A stretch of DNA of 48,147 nt, from positions 1 through 48,147 of IMG/VR virus record IMGVR_UViG_3300017446_000002. One strand, written 5' to 3'. The stretch is from a virus. Position 1 is the stretch's first letter, and every line of letters begins with the position of its first letter. Under the pieces are notes generated by a model. The model made no database searches. It had not been told where the DNA came from and was given only the letters and a program-made list of their open reading frames with translations. The position numbers and the translations under genes are program-made. Shown in pieces: positions 16,407 through 25,628 of the stretch.

Positions 16407-17446
16407 TGCCGATCGGTATGATCGAGGGATTCGACTACTACCCTGACTACGCCTACGCGGCCGGCATCGGGGTTGCGAGTACGTGGATCGGGGACGACAT
16501 TCAGCGCCATCTGATGCGGCCGGGTCGATTCGAGGGCAAGAGCCTAGGCTACTACGGTGCGGGCGGCAGCTATTCGACGGCCACTCGAATCCTCCAGCCC
16601 ACCACCAAGTGCGGCATCGGATTCGCATTCCGGACCTCTCTCCTGTCGCGTTACAACGACGGGCGGCGAATCTTTGGTATGTCGGCTCCGGATTCGTCGG
16701 CGCTCAATGCAGTCGCGTTCCACCTCTGGATCAACAACGTCGGCATCGCCTTCATCATCGTGAACGGTGTTGAGGTAGCGCGCTCGACTCGGCAGGTCTT
16801 GCAGAGCACCTGGGTCTATTTCGAGATTGAACTGGACATCGAAGCCAAGCGCGTCCGGCTACTGATGGATGGACTCGAACAGTTCAACGTCACGAATCCA
16901 GCTTTGCCCTTCCCTCGTCCGACGGTCGGCCGTATGCTGATCTGCGGCGATGACCGACTCTCGCACGGCGATAACTCTGACAACATCTACGACGACATGT
17001 ACTACGTCTATGATGAAGCTCGGACACTGGGCGAGTCGCGCATCCAGCTGGGTGAAGCTCTGGCCAACGACACGGTGGAATGGACTCCGCTGGCTGGTCA
17101 GAACTGGGAAAACATCGACGAGATTTCAGTCGACTCGGACACGACCTATAATGCCACTAACACGGTCGGCGCCAAGGACCTGTTCAAGTTCACGGACATC
17201 GTGGTGAATCCGGACGTGATCCATGCAGTCGGCATCGTTTACGCCGCCCGAAAGGAAGACTCGGGCACGCGAACGGTCCAGTCGGTCGTCAAGTCGGGTG
17301 GGGTCGAGCAGAACGGATTCGCCCAGAACATGACCACCGACTACATTTGGACTCGCGACGTCCTGAACCTTGATCCACAGGGCAATGTTCCGTGGACCAA
17401 GGCGCGAGTCAACGCTCTGCGGATCGGGTATAGGCTGGTTCTCTGA
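16406..17446 (+). CDS. Putative tail structural protein (346 aa).
   Basis: Track ORF whose start overlaps the previous stop (TGATG). No motif was recognised. Confidence 0.65.
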   Translation: MPIGMIEGFDYYPDYAYAAGIGVASTWIGDDIQRHLMRPGRFEGKSLGYYGAGGSYSTATRILQPTTKCGIGFAFRTSLLSRYNDGRRIFGMSAPDSSALNAVAFHLWINNVGIAFIIVNGVEVARSTRQVLQSTWVYFEIELDIEAKRVRLLMDGLEQFNVTNPALPFPRPTVGRMLICGDDRLSHGDNSDNIYDDMYYVYDEARTLGESRIQLGEALANDTVEWTPLAGQNWENIDEISVDSDTTYNATNTVGAKDLFKFTDIVVNPDVIHAVGIVYAARKEDSGTRTVQSVVKSGGVEQNGFAQNMTTDYIWTRDVLNLDPQGNVPWTKARVNALRIGYRLVL

Positions 17447-18858
17447 TGGTCGAAGTCCGGGTCACATCGGTCAAGTACGAGTACGCGAGGGCTCTTGCAG
17501 GTCCGAGTCGGGTCACGCGCGCGCAGGTAGGTTATCTGCTTGCGTCGCGGGACAAGGCTGTCCGTATGACTCGCGTTCAGTTCCAAGCGTTCTTCGCTGA
17601 CCGAACCAAGCCTGTCCGTGTGACCCGATTCCAGGTCCAGCTGTTTCAGGCTGTGTCCCAGCTGCAAGACCCGGTCGATCCGACCAAGGCTGTGGTCATT
17701 CCGAATCGTGAATCGAACCCCTACAAGCCAACGCTTCCTAGCGAGGTTGAGGCGGTCGATCCGATTCTTTACGACTACCTGCGGGACCAGGCCGAGACTG
17801 TTCGCAAGCAGCACGATACCACGCAGGCTGGCGACTCGACGTTCGGCTGGGAATGGCTCACCAAGATCGGGCCGCAGCAACTCTACACCCTTGGCAGTTT
17901 GGGAAGGTTCTATCATGACTCGTACGGCATCATCCTCGCGCGGTACTGCAAGTTCACGCAATGGACAGCAAGCGATTTCGTCTGCTGCCCCGTCGGACGA
18001 CTCGCCGCTGACGAAGCTGTTAGCTGGACGGTCACTAACGACTTCACCCTTTCGGGGCCGGACAAGGTTCTTGGAATCCTCGGCTCACGCACCGCCCCCA
18101 ATGAAGGGGAGTACGGGTGGGTACTGACGCAGGGGGCCAACCACTTCGCGATTCAGATCCCGGACGGGACTGCGGGAATCGAAAAGGGCACGGCTTTAGT
18201 CTGGTCTGGGACGGGCCGGATTTCTGGGGGCGGGAAGGGATTGGTGCTGGGTCGGGCCTATGCTCCGAGTCACTACGTCCTCGAACGTCAGAGCCAGATG
18301 GACGCGGGTACAGTCTATTTGGCAGCCGAAGGGCCAAGCATCGACTCAATCAAGGCACTACTGCCTGATTATTCTGACCTGCCGGGCCGGATCAAGGAGT
18401 TGGAGTCGACTGTTACGGGTGGGCTGGTCGGTGGAATCAAGAAAGCCATTGATGAACTGACCGAAACCGTCGAACGGCTGGACGATCGGGAGGCGCTGAC
18501 CAGTGAGGGCCTAACCAGCCGAATCGTAGAGCTTGAAGAGGCCATTGCCAAGCTGATGAAGGCTTCTGGCGGCGACCAGCTGGAGGAATTGTACCTCCGA
18601 ATCATCGCAGAGGTGGAGCGGCTCGACGAAATCCAGGATCGGGCTGTCGAAAAGGCGGCGAATCTGGCTCAAGACGCCTTAACGATTGCAAGAAAGCTCG
18701 AAGGGGCTGATTATCAGAGGCAGATAGACGCTTTGCGCGCTGGACTCGGCCAAGTACCGGCCAACACGTCACTGATTCCTTTGGTGACGGGCAAAATCCC
18801 GCCAGAGTTCGTCTATCAGCCCGATGGCAGCCTCGTTTTCGTAAGGATTGAATCATGA
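17446..18858 (+). CDS. Putative tail fibre or appendage protein (470 aa) with N-terminal tandem repeats and a C-terminal coiled coil.
   Basis: Four repeats of about 18 aa (RVTRxQ-type) span residues 2-77. The C-terminal segment is heptad-like (IKELESTV...LEEAIAKLMK...). Confidence 0.6.
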   Translation: MVEVRVTSVKYEYARALAGPSRVTRAQVGYLLASRDKAVRMTRVQFQAFFADRTKPVRVTRFQVQLFQAVSQLQDPVDPTKAVVIPNRESNPYKPTLPSEVEAVDPILYDYLRDQAETVRKQHDTTQAGDSTFGWEWLTKIGPQQLYTLGSLGRFYHDSYGIILARYCKFTQWTASDFVCCPVGRLAADEAVSWTVTNDFTLSGPDKVLGILGSRTAPNEGEYGWVLTQGANHFAIQIPDGTAGIEKGTALVWSGTGRISGGGKGLVLGRAYAPSHYVLERQSQMDAGTVYLAAEGPSIDSIKALLPDYSDLPGRIKELESTVTGGLVGGIKKAIDELTETVERLDDREALTSEGLTSRIVELEEAIAKLMKASGGDQLEELYLRIIAEVERLDEIQDRAVEKAANLAQDALTIARKLEGADYQRQIDALRAGLGQVPANTSLIPLVTGKIPPEFVYQPDGSLVFVRIES

Positions 18859-20876
18859 CCGGCCTTCTGACCAACTATCTCGGCCAAGGATTGCTGGCGG
18901 ACCGTCCGGCTGTGCCTGAAATCTTCGTGGGCTCGCTCGCTTTCTATCGCGATGAGTCGGGTAACGTGTCGGTGTGGGACGAAGACGAAGAAGTCTGGGT
19001 CGACTTGATTCCGGAGCCCGAACCGTTTCCGGACCTCAGTGGATTCGTGACTGACGCGCCGGATGACGCGTTTTTGTACGTCCGCGGCCAGAAGAAGTGG
19101 GTGATTCTGCCTGCGTACCCGGAAATGCCGGATGTACCCGTGCAGGAAGCGCCGGCTGATGGGAATCAGTACGTTCGGAAGGATGGCGGCTGGACTGCGT
19201 TCGTTCTGCCCGAGATTCCTGACGCGGGTATTCCCGAGGCCCCGAATGACGGGAAGCTGTACGGCAGGAAGAACGAATCGTGGGCAGAGATTTCGTTCCC
19301 GGCGGATGCAGTCGGTGAGGCGCCGGTCGATGGACTCGCATACTGGCGCAAGGGCGGTGCGTGGGTTGCAGCTGAAAAGCTGGGCGCGATTGTGCCGCAC
19401 CGTTACTGGCGACTCCGTGGTACCGAGTGGGCGGGCAATAACTCGCACATGCTCAACGACATCGCCTGGCTTGACGACAAAGGAGACCCGATTCCTTTGG
19501 TCGGCAACTCACCTGATGGCGGTGCTGTGTTCGACGGGAATCCAAACAGCTACACGCAGAACAACAATGCTACCTGGGTCTTTGACACGGCGCAGGGAGT
19601 CAGGGGGCTCACGCTCCAAGCCTACGCAAACAACGATGGCTGGTGGGATCGGACTCCGACGGGCTTTGCAATCGAGTGGAGCGACGACGGGGCGGGCTGG
19701 ACTCAGGCGTTTGCCGTCACTGGCCAGCCTGTGTTCGGTCGCGGCGAGAAGAGGACGTTCAACGATCCTGTGCCTGATCGACTCCCGCTGGTGACGTACA
19801 CCGAGGAAGCGCCGGACGATGGAAAGCAATACGCGCGCAAGAATAAGGCGTGGGCTGAAGTCGTTGCTGGTGGGGGCGGGGCTAACTTCGGACTCGTTAA
19901 GCTCGGGCAAGTAGTCCTCGGGGCCGCCGCTGCATCGTTTGACTTCGCGGGAATCGACCAGAACTACGAAGATTTGCTCGTGGTGGTTGCGGGCAAGCTG
20001 ACTGGTGCAGACAGTGATGTCGCGATTCGATTCAACGGCGATAGCGGTGGCAACTACAGCTCGGCATACTGGAACCAGTACGGAGCCAGCGGACTCGCGA
20101 ATACCAACGGCATCGTGATCGCCAGCGGTACGGTAAATTCGATCGGCGGAATCGGGGAGGTGTTGAATTATCGGCGTCCGCTCCGTCGCCCGGTCGTCAT
20201 GCAGAATCAATACAATGGGGCTGGCGGCTCAAGCTTCGGCAACTTCGGTGGCGGTTTCTGGGGCAACGAGGTCGATCCGATAACGAGTCTCTCAGTGTAC
20301 GCCAAGACTGGCGGCACGTTCGCTGCTGGTTCGGTCGTGACTCTTTACGGGCGCGGCGGACCGGCTCCGATCGCAGTCGAAGATGCCCCCGCTGATGGCA
20401 AGCCGTACATTCGCCGTGATGGTGCGTGGGTTGCGCTGACTGGGGTTCCCGGCCGCTATCGACTCCGGACCACGGCCGTACCAGCTGGCGGTTATACGTC
20501 GGTGGCAGAGCTTCGATTCCTCAATGCAAGCGGCGTCATCGTCCCGAATCCGGCACAGGCGTTTGCTTCCGGTTCGTTCAGCGGCGAATACCTGCCTGCC
20601 AAGACGGTCGACGGTGACAACGCCACGTTCTGGATCAGCAACTCACAGGCCGCTGGAGTCACGATTGGTTACGCCGAGCAGACCATCTTTGGCTCCGCTG
20701 ACCCCACCGGCGTGCGAATCAAGGCGTCGCCAAACGGTGGAGAGTCCACCCGAGTCCCGCTGTCGTTCGTAGTCGAGAAGTCGGAGGATGGGGGGTCGAC
20801 GTGGACCACGCTTTGGGAGGTCGCCGGGATTCCTGCCTTTGGTGCGGCCGAACAAAGAGACATCTACCCAGCTTAA
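18855..20876 (+). CDS. Tail fibre or receptor-binding protein (673 aa).
   Basis: Six copies of (E/D)APxDGxxYxRKxxxW. Two discoidin/galactose-binding-like segments are present (HRYWRLRGTEWAGNNSH..., GRYRLRTTAVPAGGYTSVAELRF...). Confidence 0.7.
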   Translation: MTGLLTNYLGQGLLADRPAVPEIFVGSLAFYRDESGNVSVWDEDEEVWVDLIPEPEPFPDLSGFVTDAPDDAFLYVRGQKKWVILPAYPEMPDVPVQEAPADGNQYVRKDGGWTAFVLPEIPDAGIPEAPNDGKLYGRKNESWAEISFPADAVGEAPVDGLAYWRKGGAWVAAEKLGAIVPHRYWRLRGTEWAGNNSHMLNDIAWLDDKGDPIPLVGNSPDGGAVFDGNPNSYTQNNNATWVFDTAQGVRGLTLQAYANNDGWWDRTPTGFAIEWSDDGAGWTQAFAVTGQPVFGRGEKRTFNDPVPDRLPLVTYTEEAPDDGKQYARKNKAWAEVVAGGGGANFGLVKLGQVVLGAAAASFDFAGIDQNYEDLLVVVAGKLTGADSDVAIRFNGDSGGNYSSAYWNQYGASGLANTNGIVIASGTVNSIGGIGEVLNYRRPLRRPVVMQNQYNGAGGSSFGNFGGGFWGNEVDPITSLSVYAKTGGTFAAGSVVTLYGRGGPAPIAVEDAPADGKPYIRRDGAWVALTGVPGRYRLRTTAVPAGGYTSVAELRFLNASGVIVPNPAQAFASGSFSGEYLPAKTVDGDNATFWISNSQAAGVTIGYAEQTIFGSADPTGVRIKASPNGGESTRVPLSFVVEKSEDGGSTWTTLWEVAGIPAFGAAEQRDIYPA

Positions 20877-20889
20877 CACTCGCGTGTAA

Positions 20890-20912
20890 ACTTTACTGTG
20901 ATAATGTAAAGT
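20890..20912 (+). promoter_or_regulatory. Inverted repeat enclosing an extended -10-like element (TGTGATAAT).
   Basis: ACTTTAC (20890-20896) tgtgataat GTAAAGT (20906-20912). It lies in the 69-bp gap upstream of gene 20946. Confidence 0.4.
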
Positions 20913-20945
20913 GGCTCACAACGGGCACCCAAACAGGAGTGACTC

Positions 20946-21428
20946 ATGGACCCCTACGAACAGGCGTTGAATGCGGTGGCTCACGCTACCGGACTCGACC
21001 CCATCACGATCGTCGGCATTTTGCCCGTGGTCGTTATCGCACTCAATCTCCTCGGCCGCGCGATTCCGGACGACAAGACCGGCTTCCTGGGCTACGTTCG
21101 CATGATCGCCAAGATCGGCGGACTTTATCTGTCGAACCGAGTCGCATCGGGTATCTCGACCAACTCGGTCGTCAAGGTGGCGGCGGGGCTCAAACCCGTC
21201 GCCGAGGTTCCCGAACTGTTCGATCGACTCGTGGACGCACCGTCGCCTGCGCTGGAGCTGACGGAGGACCTGACGCCGGAGAATCAGAAGCCGATGTTTC
21301 CCGGCGTTACTCGCGGCGCAGACGGCAAGTTCGTCTCGGCCAAAGCCAAGCTGGAATCGCCGATCTGGACGGGGCTGGTAGCGCTCGGACTCATCCTGTA
21401 CCTGTCCAGCTGCACGGTGCTGGCATGA
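20946..21428 (+). CDS. Membrane protein (160 aa).
   Basis: AGGAG SD upstream. It has hydrophobic segments ITIVGILPVVVIALNLL and IWTGLVALGLILYL. Confidence 0.65.
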   Translation: MDPYEQALNAVAHATGLDPITIVGILPVVVIALNLLGRAIPDDKTGFLGYVRMIAKIGGLYLSNRVASGISTNSVVKVAAGLKPVAEVPELFDRLVDAPSPALELTEDLTPENQKPMFPGVTRGADGKFVSAKAKLESPIWTGLVALGLILYLSSCTVLA

Positions 21429-21877
21429 AGCTCCGCGGCGAGTTCATCAGGGGCGACGGTCTGGTGATTCCGAACAACGTTAGCTTGGCTGGAAAGCAGA
21501 TGATGCTGACCGCTGCCCTGCGCAATACGGTTCCGGCGTTCTCGGTCGGACTCGTGGACGCTGAACCCGCCGCGGTTGTCGACTTGGCTGGCAAGGAGCC
21601 CTCGGCCGCCGGTGGATATGCGCGCAAGCCGTTGACTCGTGACGTGGCAGGCTGGCCGGGCATGGGGGTTCTGAACGGACAGCCCTGGCTCGAGTCGGAC
21701 TGGCTGGAATGGGCTGCGGTCGGCGTTAAGTTCGACAAGATCGTTCGACGACTCGCTCTGATCGGGGCGGGTGATGTGGTATACGCTCTGTCCGGCGCCA
21801 TGCCCGAGGACTTGGAGATTACTCCGACTCTCGAAGCACAGTATCGCCGGTTCAAGTATCGAATCTACGGAGCATAA
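21425..21877 (+). CDS. Hypothetical tail-module protein (150 aa).
   Basis: ATG 21425 overlaps the previous stop (ATGA). The sequence reads MKLRGEFIRGDGLVIPNN... It was trimmed from track ORF 20801..21877. Confidence 0.6.
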   Translation: MKLRGEFIRGDGLVIPNNVSLAGKQMMLTAALRNTVPAFSVGLVDAEPAAVVDLAGKEPSAAGGYARKPLTRDVAGWPGMGVLNGQPWLESDWLEWAAVGVKFDKIVRRLALIGAGDVVYALSGAMPEDLEITPTLEAQYRRFKYRIYGA

Positions 21878-21878
21878 G

Positions 21879-23624
21879 ATGGCGCAGGAAGTATATCGTT
21901 TGGCGGACTTGCAGGGGCTGACTCCTGCGGTTGACCCGACTCGTTCGGAAAAGCAGTTTGCGCTCAACGGGCGGAACTACCTCTTCGATGCGATCGGGCC
22001 GAAGTCGCCGTTCGGGAATCGCTTCCTGCTGCCACACTCGATCCAGGCCCCGCAGTTCATCCAGGATATTCGCCTGAAGCTGCGGGGCGTCGATCGAGTC
22101 TTTACCATCACGACTCAAGCAATCATGGAATGGCAAGAGGACCCGGGCGCATGGCGGATCATTCAGGTGATTCCGGACACGTCTACTGCGCCCTTCCGGT
22201 GGAGTTGGGGCTATCTGTCCGGAGCGATGTTCTTCTGTCATCCAAGGACAGGAATCATCTTCTACTCCCTCGACAACGACATTGCCGGGAGTCTCACCGG
22301 ACCGGGAGTCCCTACGGATGCCTTGTCGATCGTCGTCAACAATGGCATTCTCGTCGCGTTGACTCCCGAGTATCTCATGTGGAGCGATCCGAGTGATGGC
22401 ACTAACTTCGCACCTAAGCTTGGAGGCGCTGGTTTCCAGCTTATCAGCGCGCGAATCCCAGGATACCCCGTTTGCGTTACTGCGTATGCTGGCGGAGTCC
22501 TCACTTGGACAAACGGGGGAGTCCTCCGTTCCGAGTTTTCGGGCGGACAGGAAGTGTTCCGCCATCGTGCCCTTAACACCGAGTACCGACCGATCAATTC
22601 CTTTTGTACGTTTAAGGCAGACGACGATACCGTTGTCATCCTTGACGAACGAGGACTCTTTCAGTCCAAGGGAGAAGCGCCGACTGCATTCACTCCTTTG
22701 TTCAACGAGTTCCTGATCGAATGGATGAAGGACTCAGGTGCCAAGTACGGGAACAACGTCCGACTCGAATGGGATGAGTTGCAGCGCCATCTGTACCTGT
22801 CGTACTCGGCGAGTCGCTACGATCCCATCTACGAGAAGACCTTTGTCCTGTACCCAGCGACGGACAAATGGGGCGAGTTCAACGAACCTCACTACGGAAT
22901 CGGGCCGGTCAAGATTGCATCCGGCGAGCGGGAAGGCGACTACTATGGATTCACCGACATCAACGGCCGGAAAAAGTATTGGACAGCAACGGGGAGTCGG
23001 GAGGTTCCTGGGCTCCACCGGACTGATGACCTCCATTACCCCGTCGTCCAGATTCCTTTCCACGCAGATGACGGGGGTACGGGAACGGTACTCGCTTCCG
23101 TTGTGGGCTTCGGAACGGTCCCTGCACGAGTCGGAAGGGCAGGTTACTATCCCCTGGACGGGAACAACGTCGTTCCGAGCGCCGTTACTGGACTTGACGC
23201 ACTGATTCAGTTCGGCCTGTTCCGCACGAGCAAGGACATGAGCCACGATGAACTGTCCGAAATGTCGCAGGTTCTGGTACGTTCGAATCAGTCTGGGCCT
23301 ACCGATCGAGTTAGCGGAGAGTTTAGCTTATCGCTGCCCAATCCGCAGGGCTATGATTATTCGATCAATGAATCGCAGTACTATCGTCTCGAAGAGCTTA
23401 ACTATGTTAACCATAAGCTGCGACTCATCGCCTCGAACGACGGAACTACGGAATTCATGTCTGCTGAACCCGAACTAGTTGGATTCAGCCGGTCCGCTCG
23501 CCATTACGCTTGCTCTGTCGTGGGTATTTGGCATATTGTTGAATTGTCGGCGATCGAGGTCGGTGAGGCATTCCACCTCCGGACTCTCGAATTGACCGGT
23601 GTCAGCGCAGGACGACTCATGTGA
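21879..23624 (+). CDS. Putative tail tube or nozzle structural protein (581 aa).
   Basis: Track ORF 21771..23624 was trimmed to ATG 21879 (MAQEVYRLADLQ...) with a GGAG SD. The function is inferred from size and position only. Confidence 0.6.
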   Translation: MAQEVYRLADLQGLTPAVDPTRSEKQFALNGRNYLFDAIGPKSPFGNRFLLPHSIQAPQFIQDIRLKLRGVDRVFTITTQAIMEWQEDPGAWRIIQVIPDTSTAPFRWSWGYLSGAMFFCHPRTGIIFYSLDNDIAGSLTGPGVPTDALSIVVNNGILVALTPEYLMWSDPSDGTNFAPKLGGAGFQLISARIPGYPVCVTAYAGGVLTWTNGGVLRSEFSGGQEVFRHRALNTEYRPINSFCTFKADDDTVVILDERGLFQSKGEAPTAFTPLFNEFLIEWMKDSGAKYGNNVRLEWDELQRHLYLSYSASRYDPIYEKTFVLYPATDKWGEFNEPHYGIGPVKIASGEREGDYYGFTDINGRKKYWTATGSREVPGLHRTDDLHYPVVQIPFHADDGGTGTVLASVVGFGTVPARVGRAGYYPLDGNNVVPSAVTGLDALIQFGLFRTSKDMSHDELSEMSQVLVRSNQSGPTDRVSGEFSLSLPNPQGYDYSINESQYYRLEELNYVNHKLRLIASNDGTTEFMSAEPELVGFSRSARHYACSVVGIWHIVELSAIEVGEAFHLRTLELTGVSAGRLM

Positions 23625-24745
23625 TTACTCTCGACGGCAACAGCTATAGCTACGCGATCAAGTTCGTTGGACTTGAGGGTGAGCTGCGATTCGACTCGTC
23701 CAATTGGGACCTGCTCCTGCACGACGGGACAACGCCTGGTGGCCGTCGATTCCTGAACATGACCAACTCGGATGCCCGGTATCAGGCCCGGTCAGTCGAG
23801 TTGGACGGACTCCTTGACTTCGAGCCACAGCAGAAAGGATTCTTGGTACGGTTGGGGGCGTCCAGTTACCGGATTCGCAAGATGACGGTGGACACGGACA
23901 ATTTGGTAATCGAGAATCCGCAAGGTTATGCGGGCGACACCAAGTTCGGCCTGAAGCCCCAGATCGATTCGAAGCATACGTGGGCGGAATCGCAGTCGTT
24001 CCTAAAAGAGATTGATGCAAAAGGGGGCGTACGTGGAAAAGTTACTGGCGATGTCACTGGCAACGTCACTGGGAATCTCACTGGCAACTCTTCCGGTACC
24101 CACACGGGTGCGGTTGATGCTCGTGGCAAAACTCTACTGGTCGATGACGATTCGATCCATCTGGCCTCGCTCAATGAAGACGTAGGCGAGTTCATCCTTG
24201 CGCGCGGGGTACCGTACGGTGGAATCATTATGTGGTCGGGTGCGGCCAATAAGATTCCGCAGTACTGGTACCTCTGCGACGGACAGAACTCGACACCCGA
24301 TCTTCGCGGGCGATTCATCATTGGTGCTGGCGGCGACTACGCTGTCAACGCAACAGGTGGTGCCGCGAGTCGCGACGTTCAGGTAGCCATCAAACAGGGC
24401 GGCGCGCATACCCATACGGGTGAGGTCGATCCGCACGCACTGACTCTGGAGCAAATGCCGCCTCACCATCATGGCAACGGGCTGGCAGATGACAACAAGG
24501 AATCGGGCAACCGCTACCCCTATGGCGTCGTCAATATTCCGGGCGGTGGTGGCGAGCCGTTGCAGGATGCCAAGTCCGGGCAGGGCACGATTCAAGGCCT
24601 AACAGAGGACGTGGGCGGTGGCGAGGCCCATAGCCATGGACTCCAGCTCGAACAGGGTGGCGCCCACACCCACGAATCCGACGCGGTTGCCGTTGACTTG
24701 CGGCCGCCGTACTACGCCCTTTGCTACATCATGAAAGGAGTCTGA
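23621..24745 (+). CDS. Tail fibre protein with a phage tail-collar domain (374 aa).
   Basis: It carries the collar motif NSTPDLRGRFIIGAG and His-rich repeats (GGAHTH, MPPHHHG, EAHSHG). The N-terminus reads ...LLLHDGTTPGG. The GTG start overlaps the previous stop. Confidence 0.75.
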   Translation: MITLDGNSYSYAIKFVGLEGELRFDSSNWDLLLHDGTTPGGRRFLNMTNSDARYQARSVELDGLLDFEPQQKGFLVRLGASSYRIRKMTVDTDNLVIENPQGYAGDTKFGLKPQIDSKHTWAESQSFLKEIDAKGGVRGKVTGDVTGNVTGNLTGNSSGTHTGAVDARGKTLLVDDDSIHLASLNEDVGEFILARGVPYGGIIMWSGAANKIPQYWYLCDGQNSTPDLRGRFIIGAGGDYAVNATGGAASRDVQVAIKQGGAHTHTGEVDPHALTLEQMPPHHHGNGLADDNKESGNRYPYGVVNIPGGGGEPLQDAKSGQGTIQGLTEDVGGGEAHSHGLQLEQGGAHTHESDAVAVDLRPPYYALCYIMKGV

Positions 24746-24748
24746 CTC

Positions 24749-25627
24749 ATGTTCGGGCTAAGCTTCGGCAAGAACAAAGAAAAGACGAACCAGACTCAGA
24801 CTGGTACGCAAACCCAGACGGGCACCCAGGCTACGACGGGGACCACGGCGACTCAAGGTACGACGACCACCAGCGGTCAGCAGAATACCTCGTCGACTGG
24901 CTCGTCCACCACCTCGGGCTCGACCACGGGCACGACCGGCACCAAGGGCACGACTCAGCAGACCGGTACCACCAACCAGTTCGGCGATCAGCTGAGTCAG
25001 TTGCTGGGCGGGTCGAGCGTCGCGAACTTTATCGGCAAGATTTTCGACTCGCCAGCCAACGGTGGCACGGCGATGGGCGCGCTGGGTGACTTCGACGCCG
25101 AGCAATTCGTCAATTCGACTATGTTGGCCGCTCGCAACACGCAGGAAACCAACCTGGGTGAAGTGATTCGCGGCGTGACGGGCCTGATCGGCGGGAACTC
25201 CAAGGAGAACTCGGCCTCGGCTCTGCTGTCGGAGAAGGCAACCAATGATTCGGCAGCTACCCTCGCCGGTGTTCAAGCCAACGCGGTCAAGACTGCGGCG
25301 GACATCCAAGGTAGCCGCGCAGCCAGCATTTCGGGAATCGCGAACGGTGAGACAAATGCTCTCGCGCAGTTCCTGAACGCCATCAAGGGTGGCACCACGA
25401 CGACCTCCACGACCGGAGTCAGCGATCAGGCGCAGACCACGACCGGGACTCAGACTGGGACCACCAACACGGCGGAGAACTCCGGCACGTCCACGCAATC
25501 GACTCAGATGCAGGACGTGTTGGAGACCATCAACCAGTTGTTGAAGAACAACTCGACCACCAACTCGGCTGCGACTACGACGGGCAGTACGTCGAAGACC
25601 GGCGGCGGCGTTAGCTTGGGAATCTAA
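24749..25627 (+). CDS. T/G/Q-rich low-complexity internal virion (ejection) protein (292 aa).
   Basis: Strong AAAGGAG SD upstream. The sequence has long TQTGTQ.../TTGTTGT... tracts at both ends. It lies directly upstream of the SLT-domain protein. Confidence 0.65.
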   Translation: MFGLSFGKNKEKTNQTQTGTQTQTGTQATTGTTATQGTTTTSGQQNTSSTGSSTTSGSTTGTTGTKGTTQQTGTTNQFGDQLSQLLGGSSVANFIGKIFDSPANGGTAMGALGDFDAEQFVNSTMLAARNTQETNLGEVIRGVTGLIGGNSKENSASALLSEKATNDSAATLAGVQANAVKTAADIQGSRAASISGIANGETNALAQFLNAIKGGTTTTSTTGVSDQAQTTTGTQTGTTNTAENSGTSTQSTQMQDVLETINQLLKNNSTTNSAATTTGSTSKTGGGVSLGI

Positions 25628-25628
25628 C

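Noticed and set aside
20801-21424. The N-terminal 208 codons of track ORF 20801..21877.
   Set aside because: This part is R/G-rich nonsense that overlaps the fibre gene end and the well-supported gene 20946..21428. Only the ATG 21425 portion is kept.
18855-24745. Possible diversity-generating retroelement targeting of the fibre C-termini.
   Set aside because: I saw no reverse transcriptase gene and no template/variable nucleotide repeat pair.
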